Assembly (NCBI GenBank): GCA_963741945.1 | Contig: CAVUKA010000004.1 | Location: forward strand, 160,001-224,000 | From: an uncultured Gemmatimonadales bacterium | Lineage (GTDB): Bacteria > Gemmatimonadota > Gemmatimonadetes > Longimicrobiales > RSA9 | Length of the DNA: 64,000 nucleotides | Reading direction: 5' to 3' | Program-made: the position numbers and the translations under genes | The notes under the pieces: generated by a model | Told to the model about the DNA's origin: nothing | Database searches by the model: none | The model's input: the letters and a program-made list of their open reading frames with translations, nothing else | In this document: positions 57,760-64,000 of the stretch, piece by piece | Position numbering within the stretch: the stretch's first letter is position 1 | Layout: each line of letters starts with the position of its first letter

Positions 57760-58830
57760 TTGGACGTACGATCGGTGGAATTCCTGAAGCGGCTCCTGGA
57801 CGCTCCGGGCCCGAGCGGGTTCGAGGCCAGGGCTGCGCGTGTGTGGCGGGACGAGGCCGCAGCGTTTGCTGACACGGTCGACGCGGACGTGAGCGGCAAC
57901 TCCATGGCCACAGTGAACCCGGCCGGTGCCCCGCGGGTCATGCTGGCGGGTCATATCGACGAGATCGGCCTCATGCTGACGCACATCGACGAGGACGGTT
58001 TCCTGTATTTCGAGGGGATCGGCGGGTGGGATCCGCAGGTCCTGGTGGGGCAGCGAATCCGTCTGATCACGCAGAGCGGCGATGTGGTCGGGGTGATCGG
58101 GAAGAAGCCGATCCACCTGATCAAGGGTGACGAGAAGGAGAAGGCCTCGAAGCTCGAAGATCTCTGGATCGATGTGGGCGCGGCGAACCGGGAGGCGGCC
58201 AAGCGTCTGGGCATCCGCGTGGGCGATCCGGCCGTGATCGATGCGCCGGTGGTCGAGCTCGATGATGATCGGATCGTGAGTCGAGCGATCGACAACCGGA
58301 TCGGCGCGTTCGTGGTTCTGGAAGCGCTGCGGCTGCTGGCGGCGAAGCCGCCGCGTGCCTCGGTGACTGCGGTCGCCACCTCCCAGGAGGAGATCGGCTA
58401 CAGCGGGGGCGGGGCGCGGACGAGCGCCTACACCGTGGATCCTGACGTGGCGCTCGTCGTGGATGTGACGTTCGCTTCGGATGCGCCCGGGCTCGAGAAG
58501 AAGGAGCTCGGCGAGCACAAGCTTGGCGGCGGGCCGGTCCTGGCGCGCGGCTCGGCCGCGCACCCGGTGGTGTTCGACCGCCTGGTTGCGGTGGCGGAGC
58601 AGGAAGGCATCCCGTACACGATAGCCGCGCAGGCGCGCTTCACGTCCACGGACGCGGATGCCATCTATCTATCGCGTGCGGGCGTCGCCACCGGGCTCAT
58701 CTCGGTGCCGAACCGCTACATGCATTCGCCGAACGAAATGGTGAGCCGGATGGACCTGGAGCACGCAGCGCGGCTGATCGCTGCGTTCGTCCGGGAGCTG
58801 AGCGTGGACACGGACTTCGTTCCGAGGTAA
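57760..58830 (+). CDS. M42 family aminopeptidase
   Basis: GPSGFE, GHIDEIG, DNRIG, QEEIG and RYMHSP motifs. Confidence 0.92.
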   Translation: MDVRSVEFLKRLLDAPGPSGFEARAARVWRDEAAAFADTVDADVSGNSMATVNPAGAPRVMLAGHIDEIGLMLTHIDEDGFLYFEGIGGWDPQVLVGQRIRLITQSGDVVGVIGKKPIHLIKGDEKEKASKLEDLWIDVGAANREAAKRLGIRVGDPAVIDAPVVELDDDRIVSRAIDNRIGAFVVLEALRLLAAKPPRASVTAVATSQEEIGYSGGGARTSAYTVDPDVALVVDVTFASDAPGLEKKELGEHKLGGGPVLARGSAAHPVVFDRLVAVAEQEGIPYTIAAQARFTSTDADAIYLSRAGVATGLISVPNRYMHSPNEMVSRMDLEHAARLIAAFVRELSVDTDFVPR

Positions 58831-58838
58831 CGACCCGC

Positions 58839-59471
58839 GTGCGCCTGATCGACATCTCGCAGCCGCTGGGCACGGGCACTGCCGTCTGGCCCGGGGATCG
58901 CCCCTTCGAGCTCGGCTGGAGCATGCAGCGTGAGCGCGGCGAGAGCGTGGACGTGGCGACGGTCGCCCTCAGCGTCCACACGGGAACGCACGTGGACGGC
59001 CCGAGGCACACGGGCGCTGGTCCGGCTGCGGGCGAGCTCGAGCTGGCGCCATTTTACGGTCCGTGCGTGGTGGTCGACGCGCGGCCGCAGGTGGTGGGGG
59101 ATCCGCCTCTCGTCGGGGCCGGTATTCTGGAAGGCGTGGACCCGGGATGCACACCCCGGCTCCTCCTCCGGACGCGGGACACAGTGGATCCCGGCCGCTT
59201 CCCCGACCGGTTCGCGGCGCTGTCCGTGGAACTGGCGCAGGCCCTGGCGGCGCGCGGGTTCGTCCTGGTGGGGACCGACGCCCCGTCGGTGGATCCCGCG
59301 GACTCCACCGTGCTCGCCGCGCACCGCGTGCTGGCTGAAGCGGGCATCCCGAACGTGGAGAACCTGTCGCTGTCCGGGGTAGCACCGGGCGGGTACACGT
59401 TCATCGGGCTCCCGCTCCGATTGATGGAGGCAGACAGCTCGCCGATCCGGGCAGTGCTGGTGGCGGAGTAG
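58839..59471 (+). CDS. Cyclase family protein/kynurenine formamidase-like
   Basis: IDISQPL, WPGD, HTGTHVDGPRH, GTDAPSVD, ENL and SPIRAV motifs. Confidence 0.85.
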   Translation: MRLIDISQPLGTGTAVWPGDRPFELGWSMQRERGESVDVATVALSVHTGTHVDGPRHTGAGPAAGELELAPFYGPCVVVDARPQVVGDPPLVGAGILEGVDPGCTPRLLLRTRDTVDPGRFPDRFAALSVELAQALAARGFVLVGTDAPSVDPADSTVLAAHRVLAEAGIPNVENLSLSGVAPGGYTFIGLPLRLMEADSSPIRAVLVAE

Positions 59472-59505
59472 GCGCGGTCCGGATTCGCGGCGGAAGGAAG
59501 ATCGT

Positions 59506-59973
59506 GTGACGGTACCGATCGTCATCCCGTGGGACCTCTACGAGGGGAAGCTCGTGGTCTGGTGTGAGGCGGTCGCGGCCGGTGCAAGGAAGGCCGTCCT
59601 GCTTCCACGGCTGGACACGATCTTCGCGCCCGCGGAGGAGGACCCGACACGGGAGCGGGAGTACGCGTCCCTGGACTGGCGGCTGGTCTCGCCGCGAGAG
59701 CAGGACTGGGACCGGTACGCCACGATGGTGGCGGGCCATGCGGCCCGCTATGGAATCCGCCACCGCATGCAGCGGGTGGAGAACGTCGGCGAGTGGGTGG
59801 CGGGGCGGAAGGTGGTGGTGCCCCAGTATCACCTGTGGCTGTTCGGGCGGGAAGAGACGGGTGAGGAAATCGACAGGCTGTATGCCGAGTCGGACGCCGG
59901 CGAGCGGCGGCGGCTCTGGCGTGACCTGCTGGCGTGGCGAGCGCCGGCACAACCGAGGACGGAGGACGACTGA
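59506..59973 (+). CDS. Hypothetical protein
   Basis: 155 aa ORF co-oriented within a tight operon. Confidence 0.6.
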   Translation: MTVPIVIPWDLYEGKLVVWCEAVAAGARKAVLLPRLDTIFAPAEEDPTREREYASLDWRLVSPREQDWDRYATMVAGHAARYGIRHRMQRVENVGEWVAGRKVVVPQYHLWLFGREETGEEIDRLYAESDAGERRRLWRDLLAWRAPAQPRTEDD

Positions 59974-59978
59974 GTCGA

Positions 59979-60449
59979 ATGGATACGACGACGCTTGTGA
60001 AGGAGATGCAGGGCATGCGCGAAGGCGGCTATCTGGCCGACCCGATTCTGCGCAAGGCCGTGAAGACGCTGGAAGCCGCGGACGACCGGTTCAACTGGGT
60101 GGGCATCTACCTGATGAAGGAGAACGAGGACAAGATCTGGCTGCACAACTATGTGGGCATGCCCACCGAGCATTCCCTGATCGAGGTGGGGCAGGGTGTC
60201 TGCGGCACGGCCGTAGCCGAGAAGGCGAACCAGGTCGTGCAGGACGTCAGCGAGGTGGAAAACTACCTGGCGTGCAGTCCCAAGGTGAAGTCCGAGATGG
60301 TGGTCCTGATCCGCGCGGGCGACGAGATCCTGGGGCAGATCGACATCGACAGCCACCAGAAGGCTGCATTCACGGAAGAGGATGAGGCTGCCGTGCAGCT
60401 CGTCGCCGACAAGCTCGCCGAAGTCATCATGCACGAGCGGCACAGCTGA
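59979..60449 (+). CDS. GAF domain protein, free methionine-R-sulfoxide reductase-like
   Basis: FNWVGIY, GQGVCGTA, YLAC, SEMVV and IDIDS motifs. Confidence 0.8.
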   Translation: MDTTTLVKEMQGMREGGYLADPILRKAVKTLEAADDRFNWVGIYLMKENEDKIWLHNYVGMPTEHSLIEVGQGVCGTAVAEKANQVVQDVSEVENYLACSPKVKSEMVVLIRAGDEILGQIDIDSHQKAAFTEEDEAAVQLVADKLAEVIMHERHS

Positions 60450-60456
60450 CGCGGCC

Positions 60457-61218
60457 ATGCTCAGGACGGTCCTTGCGCCGAATGCGTCAGCGCTGACGCT
60501 GGACGGCACCCGGACCTACATCGTGGGCCAGGTCCGGGTCGCGATCATTGATCCTGGCTCGGCCGGGTCCGGCCACCTCGAGGCCATTGTCCGGACCATC
60601 GGGGATGCGGAGGTCGTCGCCATCCTCGTGACGCACGCCCACTCCGACCACGTCGATGGTGCCGACGAGCTGGCGGAGCACTACGGCGCGCCCGTTCGCA
60701 TGGAGAAGCGGCGGACATTGTGCGACGGCGCGGCCACGGCCACCGACGCAGGGGGCCTCCTCGCCGTCGTGACACCCGGGCACACCACCGACCACGTGGC
60801 GTTCCACTGGCCGGCGGAGTCGGCCGTGTTTTGCGGCGACCTCATGATGGGGGGAGAGGACACGGCACTCGTGGCTCCGCCAGAAGGCCGTCTGGGGCCG
60901 TATCTCGCCTCGCTCGAGCGCATCCGGGCGCTGAAGCCGCGCGTGATCTATCCCGGCCATGGCCCGGCGTTCCAGAACCCGGACCAGGCGCTCGACCGTT
61001 ACGTCCGCCACCGCGAGCTTCGCCTGGAGCAGGTCATGCGCGCGCTCGGATCGGGCGCGGCGACGCCGGAGGAGCTGGTCACGGCCGTGTACGGCTCCGA
61101 GCTCGAGCCGGTCCTGCGTGCGGCGGCCGTGGCAGCGCTGAAAGCGTACCTGGAGTACCTGCAGGGGCAGGGCCGCATCCGGCGCTCGGGCGGTAGTTGG
61201 GAGCTGACGCGTCGATGA
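60457..61218 (+). CDS. MBL-fold metallo-hydrolase
   Basis: APNAS..TLDGT, THAHSDH, PGHT, GD and PGHG motifs. Confidence 0.9.
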   Translation: MLRTVLAPNASALTLDGTRTYIVGQVRVAIIDPGSAGSGHLEAIVRTIGDAEVVAILVTHAHSDHVDGADELAEHYGAPVRMEKRRTLCDGAATATDAGGLLAVVTPGHTTDHVAFHWPAESAVFCGDLMMGGEDTALVAPPEGRLGPYLASLERIRALKPRVIYPGHGPAFQNPDQALDRYVRHRELRLEQVMRALGSGAATPEELVTAVYGSELEPVLRAAAVAALKAYLEYLQGQGRIRRSGGSWELTRR

Positions 61219-62348
61219 CTGTGGCCGCCGGGCGACCGAGCGACGCAGACAGCGTCATCCTCGCCCGTCTGCGGACGCTCGTCGAGCTGGAATCGCCTTC
61301 CGGCGACGAGGCGCGGCTGCGTGCGCTCGCCGCCCACCTTGCCGGGGAGTTGCGCGCCGTGGGTGCCGAAGTGGAGCGGGTCGACGCACCCGGCGTGGGC
61401 GAGCACGTCGTCGCCCGAGTCCCCGGGGAGCAGGCCGAGCTCCCGCCAGTGATGATTCTCGGCCACTTCGACACCGTGCACCCCGTGGGCTCGTTCTCGC
61501 CCCTCTTTTCGGTGGCCGACGGCGTGGTCCGTGGCGCCGGCGTGTTCGACATGAAGGGGGGGATCGCGTGCGTGCTCGAAGCGCTCACCGCGCTCGCGAG
61601 ATCCGGACGGCGGCCCCGGCGCCCGGTCGTGCTGCTGCTCACGTGCGATGAGGAGACGGGATCGGATACTTCACGCGAGCTGATCGAGTCGCTGGGGCGC
61701 GCGGCGTCGGCCGTGCTGGTGCTGGAGCCTCCGCTCGAGGGCGGTGCCGCCAAGACGCGTCGGAAGGGCGTCTCCTGGTATCGCGTCGCCATCACCGGCA
61801 GGCAGGCCCACGCCGGGCTCGCCCCCGGGCGGGGCGTGAACGCCGCCGTGGAGCTGGCGCACCAGATCCTGGCCATGGCGGACCTGGCCGATCCGCGAGC
61901 CAGGACTACAGTTTCGGTGACGGAGATCGGAGGCGGCAGCGCGTCCAACGTCATCCCGGCCTCGGCGTGGGCGATTCTCGACGTCCGCTTCGACAGTGCG
62001 GCGGAAGCGGAGCGGGTGGAGGAATCGCTGATGGCCCTCGATCCCGTCCATCCGGAGGCACACGTGAGCGTTTCGGGCGGGGTGAACCGGCCGCCGCTGG
62101 AGCGCACCCCGGAGATTGCGGCGTTGCTGGAGCAGGCGCGCGCCCTGGCGGAAGAGGACGGCTGGACGCTCGGTGAAGGATCCGCCGGCGGTGCCAGCGA
62201 CGGCTGCTATACCGGCGCGCTAGGCGTCGCGACGCTGGATGGCCTGGGCCCGGCCGGCGGGGGTGCGCACACGCTCGAGGAGCACGTGGTGACCGCCGAC
62301 CTGGAACGCAGGGTGTCGCTGTATGCCGGCCTGCTGCGAGCGCTATGA
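61215..62348 (+). CDS. M20 family peptidase (glutamate carboxypeptidase-like)
   Basis: GHFDTV, DMKGG, DEETGS, AHAG, GASDG and GAH motifs. Confidence 0.9.
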   Translation: MTVAAGRPSDADSVILARLRTLVELESPSGDEARLRALAAHLAGELRAVGAEVERVDAPGVGEHVVARVPGEQAELPPVMILGHFDTVHPVGSFSPLFSVADGVVRGAGVFDMKGGIACVLEALTALARSGRRPRRPVVLLLTCDEETGSDTSRELIESLGRAASAVLVLEPPLEGGAAKTRRKGVSWYRVAITGRQAHAGLAPGRGVNAAVELAHQILAMADLADPRARTTVSVTEIGGGSASNVIPASAWAILDVRFDSAAEAERVEESLMALDPVHPEAHVSVSGGVNRPPLERTPEIAALLEQARALAEEDGWTLGEGSAGGASDGCYTGALGVATLDGLGPAGGGAHTLEEHVVTADLERRVSLYAGLLRAL

Positions 62349-63166
62349 AGGACCTGATGATCCGTCCGCTGGAAGGACTCGAGGAGCGGGAGGCGTGCGT
62401 CGAGCTGCAGCGCTGCACGTGGGGCCGCGACTTCTCCGACCGGGTTCCACCGTCGATCCTGATGCTGGCGCAGGAGCTGGGCGGTGTCGCCAGCGGGGCG
62501 TTCCTCGGCGACCGGCTGGTCGGATTCGTGTTCGGGATAACCGGCGTCCTGGACGGAGAGGTCACTCACTGGTCCGACATGCTCGCCGTGGATCCGGAAC
62601 TCCGTGGTCACGGCATCGGCCGGAAACTCAAGCTTCACCAGAGGGAGCTGTTGCTGGGGCGAGGGACCCGGCGGATGGTGTGGACCTTCGACCCGCTCGA
62701 GTCGAGGAACGCGCACCTGAATCTGCATCGACTCGGGGCTACCGCCCGTACGTATCGCCGCGACTTCTATGGCGCGTCCGACTCCCCGCTGCACGCGGGC
62801 ATCGGCACGGACCGGCTCCTGTGTGAATGGGACCTCGCCTCCGACCTCGTGACCAGCCGCCTGTCCGGCGACGCACCGCGCCCCGCCCGAAAGCCCGACG
62901 TGATCCTGAATCCCACAGCCGATTGCGCCGGCGCATTCCCGAACCCGGGGCGGGACCTGGATGGGCCACGAGGGGAGCGGATCGGTGTCCTCATCCCGCG
63001 GGACATCCAGGCGCTGAAAGCGGCGGATCCGTCCCTGGCTTTCGCGTGGCGGGAGAACGTCCGAGCCGCGCTGGAGCTGGCGTTTCGCGAAGGTTACGTC
63101 GCAGTGGACTTCGCTTCGTCCGGCGACGTGGGGGAGTTCGTGCTCGCCGCCGGCTTGTCCCTGTAG
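62345..63166 (+). CDS. GNAT family N-acyltransferase (D-amino acid N-succinyltransferase-like)
   Basis: WSDMLAV..RGHGIGRKLK..QRE, WTFDPLESRNAHLN and TDRL motifs. Confidence 0.75.
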   Translation: MKDLMIRPLEGLEEREACVELQRCTWGRDFSDRVPPSILMLAQELGGVASGAFLGDRLVGFVFGITGVLDGEVTHWSDMLAVDPELRGHGIGRKLKLHQRELLLGRGTRRMVWTFDPLESRNAHLNLHRLGATARTYRRDFYGASDSPLHAGIGTDRLLCEWDLASDLVTSRLSGDAPRPARKPDVILNPTADCAGAFPNPGRDLDGPRGERIGVLIPRDIQALKAADPSLAFAWRENVRAALELAFREGYVAVDFASSGDVGEFVLAAGLSL

Positions 63167-64000
63167 AGGGCGGCGTCGGCATTGCGCAGGAGCTCTTCGG
63201 CGTTGGCGAGGTGGTCGGCGTAGGGCGCGATGCCGGCCGAGACCAGGAGCTCACCCTGCCCGAGCTTGCGAAGCGCTTCGGCGAACCGCGAGCGCACACG
63301 CTCTACGAAGATTTCCGCACCTTCGGCGCTGCTGTCGGACAGCAGCGCCACGAACTCGTCCCCGCCATAGCGTGCGGCAAGGTTCATGGTCCGCGTCTCG
63401 TCGCGCAGCGCGCGACCGAAGGCGGCCAGTGCCTCATCGCCCGCGAGATGTCCATAGGTGTCGTTGTACGCCTTGAACGTGTCCAGGTCGAACATGACCG
63501 CCACCAGCCGACGTCCGCGCCGCGCCGCCGCAAACTCGCGTTCCATTTCACGTTGCAGCTGCCGTCGGTTCGCCAACCCCGTGAGCGGATCCGTGATGGA
63601 CAGCGTCCGAACCTGCTCGAACAGCCGCGCCGTCTTGATCCCTATGCCCGCCTGTTCCGCCATGGCCCCGAGGAGATGCAGCTCCTCCGGCTCGAACGGG
63701 TCGCTGCGGATGCAGGTGAACAGGGCCCCGAACGTCTGCTCCCGGAACTGGATCGGCGCCGCCGCCACGGGCCACCGCCCGAGGAAGGCCAGGCTCTCCG
63801 GCTGGATGTATGGGTCCCGCGTCGGATCCACCGTGGCACGCGGCTCCCCGTGAAGGACCACCCAACCGGTGAAGCTTCCCTCGAGCGGGAATCGGAGCCC
63901 GACCACGTCCTCGGGCATGCCCACCACGGCCCGCGTCTCGAGCGTTCGGCCGTCCTCGGTCAGCAGCTCGATCCCTGCCGCACGCGTGCCGAATACGCGC
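63094..64000 (-). CDS. GAF-GGDEF diguanylate cyclase (truncated by window end)
   Basis: TDPLTGLANRR, DLDTFKAYND..GHLAGD and RYGGDEF motifs; GAF domain upstream. Confidence 0.9.
   Translation of the reverse strand, partial: RVFGTRAAGIELLTEDGRTLETRAVVGMPEDVVGLRFPLEGSFTGWVVLHGEPRATVDPTRDPYIQPESLAFLGRWPVAAAPIQFREQTFGALFTCIRSDPFEPEELHLLGAMAEQAGIGIKTARLFEQVRTLSITDPLTGLANRRQLQREMEREFAAARRGRRLVAVMFDLDTFKAYNDTYGHLAGDEALAAFGRALRDETRTMNLAARYGGDEFVALLSDSSAEGAEIFVERVRSRFAEALRKLGQGELLVSAGIAPYADHLANAEELLRNADAALYRDKPAASTNSPTSPDEAKSTAT

Overview
High-GC bacterial chromosomal window. Gene content suggests a Gemmatimonadota-like organism, which is an inference only. It holds about 60 mostly housekeeping or accessory CDSs: two VPS10/BNR-repeat glycosyl hydrolases, nfuA, fxsA, a LeuD-LeuC-order aconitase-family fusion with a 1-nt frameshift, sfsA, a PIG-L deacetylase/SSS transporter operon, tdk, Rrf2-nirK, photolyase, dodecin, nfo, a GH3, amgK-rapZ/murU-like genes, ackA, acuC-like deacetylase, ispH, M42 and M20 peptidases, kynB-like and a GGDEF protein. 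No rRNA, tRNA, CRISPR array, transposase or integrase was recognised. The best candidate for an undescribed system is at about 30.8-37.5 kb. There a conserved-looking hypothetical gene is followed by an unannotated 23-aa hydrophobic peptide gene with a strong SD (31987-32058), a multi-TM HD-GYP protein and a BTAD-AAA-TPR regulator. The peptide-to-regulator part is a low-GC cassette whose right edge lies inside the regulator gene, which suggests an allele-swapped peptide/c-di-GMP signalling locus. A second candidate is ackA divergent from an HDAC-family deacetylase, a GNAT acetyltransferase and a Lys-rich histone H1-like gene, a possible writer/eraser/substrate acetylation module. All product calls come from motif reading; no database searches were run.
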